This document shows positions 20,933 through 32,000 of a DNA stretch of 32,000 bases, piece after piece. A program made the position numbers and the translations under genes. Source of the DNA: Candidatus Saccharimonadota bacterium (GTDB lineage: Bacteria; Pseudomonadota; Gammaproteobacteria; Enterobacterales; Enterobacteriaceae_A). Position 1 is the first letter of the stretch, and each line of letters begins with the position of its first letter. The DNA is taken from assembly GCA_030849285.1 (NCBI GenBank), contig CP102982.1:120001-152000 (forward strand), given 5' to 3'. The notes beneath the pieces were generated by a model, which saw nothing but the letters and a program-made list of their open reading frames with translations, searched no databases and had not been told where the DNA came from.

Positions 20933-22003
20933 TTAATAAAATTTTTGCTTTTTAAAAAAGTTTTTTAAATATAAAATTATATTTTTTTGTCCTGCTCTTA
21001 TAATTTTTCTAGGATCGTAATATTTTTTATTAGGTTCATTAATATTATTTGAGTTACCTAATTGTGTTTGTAAAAAATCTTTATTTTTTTTATAATATTT
21101 TAAAATTCCTAACCAATTTGCCCATTGTATATCTGTATCAATATTTATTTTAACTACTCCATAATTAATAGATTCCTTAATCTCACTTTTAAGTGACCCT
21201 GATCCTCCATGAAATACAAAATTTAAACTATTTTTAGGTAAATTAAATTTATTAGAAATATATTTTTGTGCATCTCTTAAAATAGTAGGTATTAATTTAA
21301 TATTTCCTTTTTTATATACCCCATGTACATTTCCAAAGGCAGCAGCAATTGTAAAATTTTTACTTATTTTTTTTAATTTTTCATAAACATAAGAAATTAT
21401 TTCAGGTTTTGTATAAAAGTTAGAATTTTTTAAATTATTATTATTTATTCCATCTTCTTCACCTCCTGTACATCCTAATTCAATTTCTAACGTTAAATTT
21501 ATTTTATTCATACGTTTTAAATATTTACTACATATATAAATATTATCTTCAATAGATTCTTTAGATAAATCAATCATATGTGATGAAAATAATGGTTTTT
21601 TATTAATATTAAAAAATTTTTCATTTTCATATAAAAGTCCATCAAGCCATGGTAAAATTTCTTTGTAACAATGATCAGTATGTAACATTACATTAGCGCC
21701 ATAATATTTTGATATTTTATGAACATATTTTGCCGCTGAAACTGCTCCTAAAATAGCTGCTTCAGTTATATTTTTTTTGTTAAATATACCTTTTCCTAAT
21801 AAAAAAGCCGATCCTCTATAAGATAATTGAATAATAATAGGTAATTTTAATTTAGCTGATGTTTCTAAAATTGAATTAATAGAATCTATATTTACACAAT
21901 TTATTGCTGGTATTGCGATTTTTTTTTTTTTAGCAAATTCAAATGTTTTTTGAACTTCTTTACCTAATATTATATTATTTTTAAAATTAAATTTTTTTTC
22001 CAT
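20933..22003 (-). CDS. fbaA: Fructose-bisphosphate aldolase, class II
   Basis: PA.NCV..DSIN..LET.AK, LHTDHC, PLFSSHMIDLS.ES, LE.ELGCTGGEEDG, AA.FGNVHGVYK.GN and FVFHGGSGS align along the full length to E. coli FbaA. Confidence 0.97.
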   Translation of the reverse strand: MEKKFNFKNNIILGKEVQKTFEFAKKKKIAIPAINCVNIDSINSILETSAKLKLPIIIQLSYRGSAFLLGKGIFNKKNITEAAILGAVSAAKYVHKISKYYGANVMLHTDHCYKEILPWLDGLLYENEKFFNINKKPLFSSHMIDLSKESIEDNIYICSKYLKRMNKINLTLEIELGCTGGEEDGINNNNLKNSNFYTKPEIISYVYEKLKKISKNFTIAAAFGNVHGVYKKGNIKLIPTILRDAQKYISNKFNLPKNSLNFVFHGGSGSLKSEIKESINYGVVKINIDTDIQWANWLGILKYYKKNKDFLQTQLGNSNNINEPNKKYYDPRKIIRAGQKNIILYLKNFFKKQKFY

Positions 22004-22270
22004 ATTTTATATATCTTATAAATTTTAAATTAAATAAAATATTTTTAAAATTAATTATTTTAGTAATTATTATAATTTTAAAATAATATTAATTTTTTTT
22101 TTAAAAAAAAATAAATTTTAAATATTTATATTTAAATATATGATTAATTTAATTTTATTAAATTATTTAAATATATAAAAATAATATTTTTATAAATTTA
22201 ATATTTAAATATTATTTAATTTTTAAAATATTTAATATTAATTTATATTATAATTAATAATTTAATAATT

Positions 22271-24292
22271 TTAAATTTTATTATTTGAATAATTTTTAAT
22301 TAATTTTTTTTTTGTTTTTTTAATTATATTATTTGTTGTAAAACCAAAATTTTTAAATAATTCCTCTCCTGATCCTGATTTTCCAAAAGTTTTTATACCA
22401 ATAATTGTACCATTTAATCCTATATATTTAAACCAAAAATTTGATAAACTTGCTTCTATTGAAATACGATTTTTAATTATATTTGGTAATATTTTATTTT
22501 TATATTTTTTATTTTGAATATCAAAAGTATTTGTTGATGGCATTGAAATTACTCTAGTATATATGCTTATTTTTTTTAGTTTTTTAAAAGCTTTAATTGT
22601 TATATTTATTTCTGATCCAGTTGAAATAAATATCATATCAGGAAAATTATTACAATCTTTTAATATATAACCCCCTTTATTTATATTTTTAATTTGTTTT
22701 AAATTTCTAGATTGTTGTATAACATTTTGACGTGTTAAAATTATTGATGTTGGACCATTATATCTTTTGATAGCATTTTTCCAAGCAATTATTGTTTCTA
22801 CTTTATCACATGGTCTCCAAGTATTCATATTAGGAATTGTACGTAGATTTGATAAAGTTTCTATAGGTTGATGTGTTGGTCCATCTTCTCCTAAACCAAT
22901 TGAATCATGTGTATAAATAAATATTGAACGTATTTTCATTAATGAAGCCATTCTTATAGCGTTATGGGCATATTCAAAAAATATTAAAAATGTAGCAGAA
23001 TATGGCAATAAGGCTCCATGTAATGCTATTCCATTTGTTATAGCACTCATACCAAATTCACGTACTCCATAATGAATATAATTACCATCATTATTAATAT
23101 TAAAAGATTTAGATCCTGACCAATTACTTAAATTACTTGGTGTTAAATCAGCTGACCCTCCTATTAATTCAGGTAATATTTTACCTAAAATTTCTAAAGT
23201 ATCTTGTGATGAATTCCTTGTAGCCATATTTTTAGAATATATTTGTGTTTTTATAATAAATTTATTAATTTTTTCATCTAAAAATTTAGGTAATTTATTT
23301 TTTAAACGTCTTTTAAATTCATTATATAATTTTGGATATTTTTTTTTATATTTTTTAATAAGTAAATTCCATTTATATTCTCTATCTTTTCCTTTTTTTT
23401 TTGAATCCCATTTTAAATAAATATTTTTAGGAATTTTAAATTTTGGGTATTTCCATTTTAATGATAAACGTGTTGCTTTTACTTCATTAATACCTAATGG
23501 CATCCCATGTACATTACTTGTTCCTGATTTATTAGGTGATCCATATCCAATAATAGTTTTACAAATAATTAAATTTGGTTTATCTAATGATTTTTGAGCT
23601 ATTTCAATTGCTTTTTTAATTTCATTACTATTATGACCATCTATATTTTCAATTACATTCCAATTATATGATTTAAAACGTTTTACAATATCTTCATTAA
23701 ACCATTCTTTAACATTTCCATCAATAGATATATTATTATTATCATAAAAAGCTATTACTTTATTTAATTTTAAAGTACCTGCTAAAGAACATACTTCATG
23801 AGAAATACCTTCCATAAGACATCCATCACCTAAAAATACATAAGTTTTATGATCAATTATATTATAATTTGGTTTATTAAATTGTTTAGATAATATACGT
23901 TCAGCAATAGCAAGTCCTATTGAATTTGCTAATCCTTGTCCTAATGGTCCTGTAGTAGTTTCAATACCATTTAAATTTTTATTATATTCTGGATGTCCCG
24001 GAGTTTTTGAATTTAATTTTCTAAAATTTTTAATATCATTTATTGTTATATTATATCCTGTAAGATGTAATATACTATATAATAAAATTGATCCATGTCC
24101 ATTAGATAAAACAAATCTATCACGATTAAACCATAATGGATTGTTTGGGTTATGAATAATGAAATTACGCCATAAAACTTCTGCTATATCTGCCATACCC
24201 ATAGGCATTCCTGGATGTCCTGAGTTCGCTTCTTGGATTGCATCAATACTTAACATTCTTATTGCATTTGATAATTCTTTATTATTTATCAT
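22271..24292 (-). CDS. tkt: Transketolase
   Basis: KELSNAIR.LS.DA.Q.A.SGHPG.PMGMADIAEVLWR, RDRFVLSNGHGS, TTGPLGQG, GDGC.MEGISHEV.SLAG.LKL and HDSIGLGEDGPTHQP match transketolase. GGAGGAA Shine-Dalgarno sequence (reverse complement of 24295-24301) upstream of the ATG. Confidence 0.98.
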   Translation of the reverse strand: MINNKELSNAIRMLSIDAIQEANSGHPGMPMGMADIAEVLWRNFIIHNPNNPLWFNRDRFVLSNGHGSILLYSILHLTGYNITINDIKNFRKLNSKTPGHPEYNKNLNGIETTTGPLGQGLANSIGLAIAERILSKQFNKPNYNIIDHKTYVFLGDGCLMEGISHEVCSLAGTLKLNKVIAFYDNNNISIDGNVKEWFNEDIVKRFKSYNWNVIENIDGHNSNEIKKAIEIAQKSLDKPNLIICKTIIGYGSPNKSGTSNVHGMPLGINEVKATRLSLKWKYPKFKIPKNIYLKWDSKKKGKDREYKWNLLIKKYKKKYPKLYNEFKRRLKNKLPKFLDEKINKFIIKTQIYSKNMATRNSSQDTLEILGKILPELIGGSADLTPSNLSNWSGSKSFNINNDGNYIHYGVREFGMSAITNGIALHGALLPYSATFLIFFEYAHNAIRMASLMKIRSIFIYTHDSIGLGEDGPTHQPIETLSNLRTIPNMNTWRPCDKVETIIAWKNAIKRYNGPTSIILTRQNVIQQSRNLKQIKNINKGGYILKDCNNFPDMIFISTGSEINITIKAFKKLKKISIYTRVISMPSTNTFDIQNKKYKNKILPNIIKNRISIEASLSNFWFKYIGLNGTIIGIKTFGKSGSGEELFKNFGFTTNNIIKKTKKKLIKNYSNNKI

Positions 24293-24302
24293 TTTTCCTC
24301 CA

Positions 24303-25374
<1,072 letters not shown>

Positions 25375-25715
25375 TTAAATTATCCTATAAAGTAAATATA
25401 TAATATTAATTTAAAATTAAATTATTAATATATTTTTTAATTATTAATTTTAAAATATTATAATATATTTATTTAAATTTGTAAATATAAATTAATTTAA
25501 ATTTTAAATCATTAATATATAAATTAAATTTTATTAATATTGTAATTAATATTAAAATTTATTATTTAATAATATTAAAATAATAATAAATGATTTTATT
25601 AATAATTAATATATAGTAATTATTTTAATTTTTAAAATATTATTTATATTTTATTATATTTAAAATATTTTGTAATGTTTTTTTTAAATTTAATATTAAA
25701 TAAATATATTTAATA

Positions 25716-26927
25716 ATGTTACCCATTTATATGGATTATTCAGCTACTTCTCCTGTAGATAAACGTATAGCTTTAAAAATGATAAAATATTTAACATTAA
25801 ATGGTAATTTTGGTAATCCATCTTCTAAATCTCATTATTTTGGTTGGAGAGCAGAAGAAGCTGTAAATATTTATAGAAAAAAAATTGCTAAATTAATAAA
25901 TGTTAATTTTAAAGAAATTATTTTTACTTCAGGAGCTACTGAATCAATAAACTTAGCAATAAAGGGTATTTCTAATTTTTATAAAAAAAAAGGTAAACAT
26001 ATTATAACTTGTAAAATAGAACATAAAGCAGTTTTAGATAGTTGTAGATATTTAGAAAAAAAGGGATTTAATGTAAGTTATATAAAACCAGAAATTAATG
26101 GACTTATAAATATTAAAAAAATTTTAGAAATTATTAATAATCAAACTATTTTAATTTCTATTATGCATGTTAATAATGAAATTGGAATAATTCAAAATAT
26201 TAAAGAAATTAGTAAATTATGTTTTAAAAAAAAAATTTTTTTACATATTGATGCTACTCAAAGTATAGGTAAAATATTTATTAATTTAAAAAAAATTAAA
26301 ATAAATTTAATGTCTTTTTCTGCTCATAAAATATATGGCCCAAAGGGAATTGGTGTATTATATATTAATAATAGTCCTAAAATTAGATTAGAACCTCAAA
26401 TTCATGGTGGTGGACAAGAAAAAGGTATTAGAGCTGGTACTTTACCTGTTCATCAAATTGTCGGAATTGGCGAAGCATGTAATATTTTTTTAAAAGAGAT
26501 GAATAATGATAATTATTTATTTCATTTATTAAAAAGTAGATTTTGGAATGGTATTAAAAACATTGAAGAAATATATATAAACGGGGATATTAATAATAGC
26601 GTTCCAAATATAATTAATATAAGTTTTAATTATATAGAAGGTGAATCCTTAATAATGTCTTTAAAAAATTTAGCTATATCATCTGGATCGGCATGTACTT
26701 CATCAAGTTTAGAACCATCATATGTACTTAAATCATTAGGTATAAGTGATCAATTAGCACATAGTTCTATAAGATTTTCATTTGGTCGTTTTTCTAAAAT
26801 TAAAGAAATTGATTATAGTATTTATTTAATTTATAAATCTATTAATAAATTAAGAGATATTTCTCCTTTATGGGAAATTTTTAAACAAGGAATAGATATT
26901 AATTCTATTATATGGGAAAATAATTAA
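25716..26927 (+). CDS. iscS: Cysteine desulfurase IscS
   Basis: [86 protein letters not shown] and LSPLWE are collinear with E. coli IscS. Confidence 0.98.
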   Translation: MLPIYMDYSATSPVDKRIALKMIKYLTLNGNFGNPSSKSHYFGWRAEEAVNIYRKKIAKLINVNFKEIIFTSGATESINLAIKGISNFYKKKGKHIITCKIEHKAVLDSCRYLEKKGFNVSYIKPEINGLINIKKILEIINNQTILISIMHVNNEIGIIQNIKEISKLCFKKKIFLHIDATQSIGKIFINLKKIKINLMSFSAHKIYGPKGIGVLYINNSPKIRLEPQIHGGGQEKGIRAGTLPVHQIVGIGEACNIFLKEMNNDNYLFHLLKSRFWNGIKNIEEIYINGDINNSVPNIINISFNYIEGESLIMSLKNLAISSGSACTSSSLEPSYVLKSLGISDQLAHSSIRFSFGRFSKIKEIDYSIYLIYKSINKLRDISPLWEIFKQGIDINSIIWENN

Positions 26928-26943
26928 TTATAATAAGTAAATA

Positions 26944-27327
26944 ATGTCTTATAATAAATTTATATTAGATCACTATGAAAATCCACGTAATGTCGGTTCA
27001 TTAAATTCAAAAAAAAAAAATGTTGGAAGTAGTATGGTAGGTTCACCTTCTTGTGGTGATGTTATGAAATTACAAATAAAAATTAATAAAAATGGTATTA
27101 TTGAAGATGTTAAATTTAAAACATATGGTTGTGGATCAGCTATAGCTTCAAGTTCTTTATTAACAGAATTAATAAAAGGTAAATCAATTAATCAAGTAAA
27201 AAAAATTAAAAATATTTTAATAGCTAAAAAATTATCATTACCTCCAGTAAAATTACATTGTTCTATTTTAGCAGAAAATGCTATTAAAAGGGCAATTAAA
27301 AATTATTACATTAAAAATAGTTTTTAA
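26944..27327 (+). CDS. iscU: Iron-sulfur cluster assembly scaffold IscU
   Basis: DHYENPRNVGS, GSPSCGDVMKLQIK, FKTYGCGSAIASSS and LPPVK.HCSILAE..I match IscU, and the three cluster-ligand Cys are present. Confidence 0.97.
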   Translation: MSYNKFILDHYENPRNVGSLNSKKKNVGSSMVGSPSCGDVMKLQIKINKNGIIEDVKFKTYGCGSAIASSSLLTELIKGKSINQVKKIKNILIAKKLSLPPVKLHCSILAENAIKRAIKNYYIKNSF

Positions 27328-27353
27328 AATTAAAATATATATTTTAAAAATTT

Positions 27354-27674
27354 ATGAAAATTAATATAAGTGATAATGCTATTAATTATTTTTATTTTTT
27401 ACTTAAAAAAAAAAATAAAATTGGGATAAAATTAGAAATTAAAAATTCTGGTTGTTTAGGATTAAAATATAATATAAAATATGTTGATAATTTAAATAAT
27501 AAAAATTTCATTTTTAAAAAAAAAGGTGTAATATTTTTTATAGAAAAAAAAAATTTATTATATTTTAATAATATTAAAATTAATATTATTAAAAATAAAT
27601 TTATTAAAAAATTTACATTTGATAATCCTAATATTAAAAATAAATGTAATTGTGGAAAAAGTTTTAATTTTTAA
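27354..27674 (+). CDS. iscA: A-type iron-sulfur carrier IscA
   Basis: 106 aa with SGC.G..Y and the C-terminal F.NPN.K..C.CG.SF motif, placed after iscSU. Confidence 0.88.
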   Translation: MKINISDNAINYFYFLLKKKNKIGIKLEIKNSGCLGLKYNIKYVDNLNNKNFIFKKKGVIFFIEKKNLLYFNNIKINIIKNKFIKKFTFDNPNIKNKCNCGKSFNF

Positions 27675-27714
27675 TTTTTTAAAATAATATTTTATTATAA
27701 ATTTAAAAATAATA

Positions 27715-28158
27715 TTAAAAATAGTAAGGATTATTATATTTTAAATTTTTTAATAATTCTATTTCTAATATTTCCATTTGTTTTTTTTCAAAATTTTTAA
27801 TATGATTAAAATTTAATAAATGTAAAATACCATGAACAATTATATATATATATATTTTTTTTTTAACATTTTTAATTATTTTATTAAAATTAAATAATTT
27901 ATTATAAATTATTAAATCACCTAAATATTTTTTTTTATTATTTATAAATTTAAATGATAATATATTAGTATATTTATAAATACCTTTATAAATAAAGTTT
28001 ATTCTTTTAATTTTTTTTTTATTAACTAATTTTATAATTATTTTTATTTTTTTTTTAAATTTTTTAGTAATATTTTTAATTAAATAAATAATTTCTCTTT
28101 TATTTATAAAATATTTATTTTTTTTTTTTTTTTCAAAATTTAAAAGTAATAATTTCAT
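27715..28158 (-). CDS. ybeY: Endoribonuclease YbeY (rRNA maturation factor)
   Basis: 147 aa with the metal-binding motif HGILHLLNFNH (H-x3-H-x5-H) in the expected C-terminal position. Otherwise low-complexity. In-frame A16 tract on the coding strand (28118-28133). Confidence 0.8.
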   Translation of the reverse strand: MKLLLLNFEKKKKNKYFINKREIIYLIKNITKKFKKKIKIIIKLVNKKKIKRINFIYKGIYKYTNILSFKFINNKKKYLGDLIIYNKLFNFNKIIKNVKKKIYIYIIVHGILHLLNFNHIKNFEKKQMEILEIELLKNLKYNNPYYF

Positions 28159-28220
28159 TTATTTTATTAATAAATATTTAAAATATATAAATTTAATTAT
28201 AATAAATTAATATTATTATA

Positions 28221-28293
28221 CAGAGGTGGAGAGAATCGAACTCTCGACATACGGTTTTGGAGACCGGTGCTCTACCAACTAAGCTACACCTCT
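28221..28293 (-). tRNA. tRNA-Trp (anticodon CCA)
   Basis: The reverse complement reads AGAGGTGTAGCTTAGTTGGTAGAGCACCGGTCTCCAAAACCGTATGTCGAGAGTTCGATTCTCTCCACCTCTG, close to E. coli tRNA-Trp. The anticodon loop is CTCCAAA. There is a C27-U43 mismatch at the top of the anticodon stem. No CCA is encoded. Confidence 0.95.
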
Positions 28294-28491
28294 TAATTAA
28301 TAATATTATTTTATTTTATAAAATTTAAATTAAATTTTTAAATTTAAATATATTTTAATTATTTATTTTTATTTTACAATACTTATATTTAATAAATTAT
28401 TTATTAATTTAAAATATTTTTATTTTATAAAATAAAATTATAATTTTAAAAATTAATTATAAATATTTTTAATCAATATTTTAAAATATAT

Positions 28492-29637
<1,146 letters not shown>

Positions 29638-29675
29638 TTATAAATGATTTTTTATTAATTAATTTTAAATTATAT

Positions 29676-31727
29676 TTATTTTTTTGATGCTTGTATTGAT
29701 GTAATTGCAATTGTATAAATTATATCATTAATAAAAGCACCTCTAGATAAATCATTAACTGGTTTTTTAATACCTTGCAATATAGGACCTATTGAAATTA
29801 TATTAGTTGAGCGTTGTACAGCTTTATATGTTGTATTTCCTGTATTTAAATCTGGAAATATTAAAATATTAGCTTCCCCTTTTGTTTTTGAAAATGGAGC
29901 TTTAATTTTTGATACATTTGGTGTTATTGCTGCATCATATTGAATTGGCCCATCAATTATTAAATTTGGTTTTTTTTTAATAACTAAATTTGTTGCTTTT
30001 TTAATTTTTTCAACATCTTCACCTTTACCTGAATTACCTGTAGAATATGAAATCATTGCTATTTTGGGTTTAATACCAAATAATTTAGCTGATTTAGCTG
30101 TCTCTATAGCAATTTCAGAAAGTTGTTCAGCTGTAGGTTTTATATTTATTGCACAATCACTAAATATTAAAACTTTATCAGATAATAACATAAAGAAAAA
30201 TGATGAAATTAATGAAATTCCAGGTGAAGTTTTAATAATTTGTAATGCTGGTCGAATTGTATTTGCTGTTGTATTTATTGAACCAGATAATAAACCATCA
30301 ACTTCATTATTTTTTAACATCATTGTTGCTAATACTGTATTATCTTTTAGTGCTTTATAAGCTTTAAATTCATCCATACCTTTATGTTTTCTTAATTTTA
30401 TTAATTTTTTAATATAATTTTTTCTAATTTTATTAGGATTTATAATTTTAATTTTTTTATTTAATTTAATATTATTAAATAATGCAATTTTTTTAATTTT
30501 ATTAGGATTACCTAATAAAATACATTTAGCTATATTTTGTTCAAAACAAATAGAGGCTGCTTTTAAAATTCTAGGTTCATAACTTTCTGGTAAAATAATA
30601 CGTTTATTAACTTTTTTAGAAAGTTCTGTTATTTTATATATAAATTCTTTGGGTGTAAAATTTTTAAATTTTACAGGATATTTTAATTTTCTTATCCAAT
30701 TATTATTAATATAATTTAAAATATTTTTATAATTTTTTTTAATATATTTAATATCATTATTTAAAATTTTAAAATTTAAATTTATTAATTTTTTAAATAT
30801 TTGAATATTTGTTTTATTAATTATAAAAATGGGTAAATTTAAAAATAATGCATAGTTTAAATTTTTTTTAATATTTAAAATAGATTTATTAAAATTTGTT
30901 AAAATAATTGAATTTATATTAACACCATTAAAAATATATACACAAATTTTAAAAATTGATTTTATATTATTAAACGAAGTTATTATTAAAATATTTGAAT
31001 AAAAAAAATTAAAATTATATTTAATATTTTTTTTATAAAAAAAAATATGTTTAATACGATTTTTAAATATTTTACCTTTATTAATAATATTTGATTTAAT
31101 ATAATACGCAATATCAATAATACGTATTTTAATTAAATTAAAATTTAATAATATATGATTTATAATTGGAAATTTTTTATTATTTTTAATTTTAATATTT
31201 TTTTTAGTATTAATATTATTAATAATAAAACCATTTATTTTTAAATTAATATAATAATTAAAAAAATTATATATTAAATTAATATATTTTTTTATTTTTA
31301 TTAATTTAATAAATTTATTAAAATATAATGGAATTATAATTTTTGCATTTAAAGCTTTTGATATTTCGTGATTTATAAAAATAAAATTTTGATTATTATT
31401 AATTGGGTAAATACCTTCTATTAAAAAAACATTATATTTTTTAATATTTTTATAATAATACGAAATAAGTTCTTTTATTAAAATATCTTTTTTTTTAAAA
31501 AAAAATAAATGTTCTGAATATTGAAGATTTAAAATTTTATTATTTGTCATTATAAATTTTTTTTTTTTTTTATTTTTTTTAATATTTTTTTTTTTAAATT
31601 CAATAATTGGTTTTATAAAACAAAATTTTATTTTTTTTTTTTTAATAGAATTAATTACATTTAAAATAATATTATTTAATATATTATTTTTATTATTAAT
31701 AGGTAAAAACATTATTATATGAGGCAT
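29676..31727 (-). CDS. pta: Phosphate acetyltransferase (long gammaproteobacterial form; N-terminal domain heavily eroded)
   Basis: The C-terminal PTA domain is strongly conserved (RIILPE..EPR.LKAA.IC, VDGL.SG...TTANTIRP.LQ.IKT.PG, DCAIN..PTAEQL.EIA, PDLNTGNTTYKAVQRS, GP.LQG..KPVNDLSRGA). The N-terminus MPHIIMFLP...FKPI aligns to E. coli MSRIIMLIP...FKPI. Confidence 0.95.
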   Translation of the reverse strand: MPHIIMFLPINNKNNILNNIILNVINSIKKKKIKFCFIKPIIEFKKKNIKKNKKKKKFIMTNNKILNLQYSEHLFFFKKKDILIKELISYYYKNIKKYNVFLIEGIYPINNNQNFIFINHEISKALNAKIIIPLYFNKFIKLIKIKKYINLIYNFFNYYINLKINGFIINNINTKKNIKIKNNKKFPIINHILLNFNLIKIRIIDIAYYIKSNIINKGKIFKNRIKHIFFYKKNIKYNFNFFYSNILIITSFNNIKSIFKICVYIFNGVNINSIILTNFNKSILNIKKNLNYALFLNLPIFIINKTNIQIFKKLINLNFKILNNDIKYIKKNYKNILNYINNNWIRKLKYPVKFKNFTPKEFIYKITELSKKVNKRIILPESYEPRILKAASICFEQNIAKCILLGNPNKIKKIALFNNIKLNKKIKIINPNKIRKNYIKKLIKLRKHKGMDEFKAYKALKDNTVLATMMLKNNEVDGLLSGSINTTANTIRPALQIIKTSPGISLISSFFFMLLSDKVLIFSDCAINIKPTAEQLSEIAIETAKSAKLFGIKPKIAMISYSTGNSGKGEDVEKIKKATNLVIKKKPNLIIDGPIQYDAAITPNVSKIKAPFSKTKGEANILIFPDLNTGNTTYKAVQRSTNIISIGPILQGIKKPVNDLSRGAFINDIIYTIAITSIQASKK

Positions 31728-31802
31728 TAAAAAAATTTCCTTTTAATATTAAATTAATTAAATTTATAAAATTTAAATTTTATTAAATAAATTAAAATAT
31801 TA

Positions 31803-32000
31803 TTAATTTATTAAATTATTTGTATCTTTTGCAATTATTATTTCTTCATTACTAGGTATAACTAAAGAAATTCTACTTTTTGATTTTGTAATAATACCAT
31901 ATTTTATATAATTTATTTTTTCATTAAGTTTATTATCAATTTTAAAACCTAAAAAATTAAGAGAATTAATAGTTAATTTTCTTATTAATACTGAATTTTC
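31803..32000 (-). CDS. ackA: Acetate kinase, C-terminal fragment (5' end lies outside window)
   Basis: I translated the reverse strand from 32000: ENSVLIRKLTINSLNFLGFKIDNKLNEKI...SLVIPSNEEIIIAKDTNNLIN*. This aligns to the E. coli AckA C-terminus (ENSALVRRL...LGFEVDHERN...AVVIPTNEELVIAQDA). Conserved ackA-pta order. Confidence 0.9.
   Translation of the reverse strand, partial: ENSVLIRKLTINSLNFLGFKIDNKLNEKINYIKYGIITKSKSRISLVIPSNEEIIIAKDTNNLIN

Noticed and set aside
25375-25715. The 341-bp AT-rich ssb-iscS spacer could be a replication origin with DnaA boxes
   Set aside because: The only TTATCC-like string (TTATCCTAT, 25380-25388) fails the DnaA-box consensus at 3 of 9 positions and is actually the reverse complement of the ssb AGGA Shine-Dalgarno region. 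No repeated 9-mers or 13-mers were seen. AT-richness alone is uninformative in this genome.
30064-30360. 98-aa plus-strand ORF
   Set aside because: It is antisense to the most conserved catalytic part of pta and shows no independent coding signal.

Overview
This window is an extremely AT-rich, gene-dense stretch that looks like a highly reduced gammaproteobacterial (Enterobacterales-derived, Buchnera-like) insect endosymbiont. I cannot name the organism from sequence alone. Proteins are Lys/Asn/Ile-biased but align by eye to E. coli orthologues. TGA is used as a stop codon (code 11). Positions 1-11940 hold an uninterrupted S10-spc-alpha ribosomal protein supercluster (rplD' to rplQ, including secY, rpmJ and rpoA). 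It is followed by tRNA-Glu(-), rpmE, hslVU(-), glyQS(-), rsmH, secA, fbaA(-), tkt(-), ssb(-), iscSUA, ybeY(-), tRNA-Trp(-), tgt(-), pta(-) and the 3' end of ackA(-). I see no mobile elements, CRISPR, defence, toxin or secretion islands, and no convincing novel protein-coding system; every long ORF is a recognisable housekeeping gene. The most unusual element is non-coding. About 525 bp between ssb and tkt consists of about 14 head-to-tail copies of a 35-bp unit, each carrying an 18-bp perfect palindrome. The central copies form two identical 105-bp higher-order blocks. The array ends in an inverted copy and is followed by a perfect (TA)23 microsatellite. Other notable points are genome-reduction scars (rsmH directly abutting secA, implying loss of the dcw division/cell-wall cluster here; tkt next to fbaA; isc operon cut to iscSUA), long in-frame poly(A) tracts in essential genes, an in-frame tandem repeat extending the S11 N-terminus, a SecA lacking its C-terminal zinc-finger tail, and tRNAs without encoded CCA.
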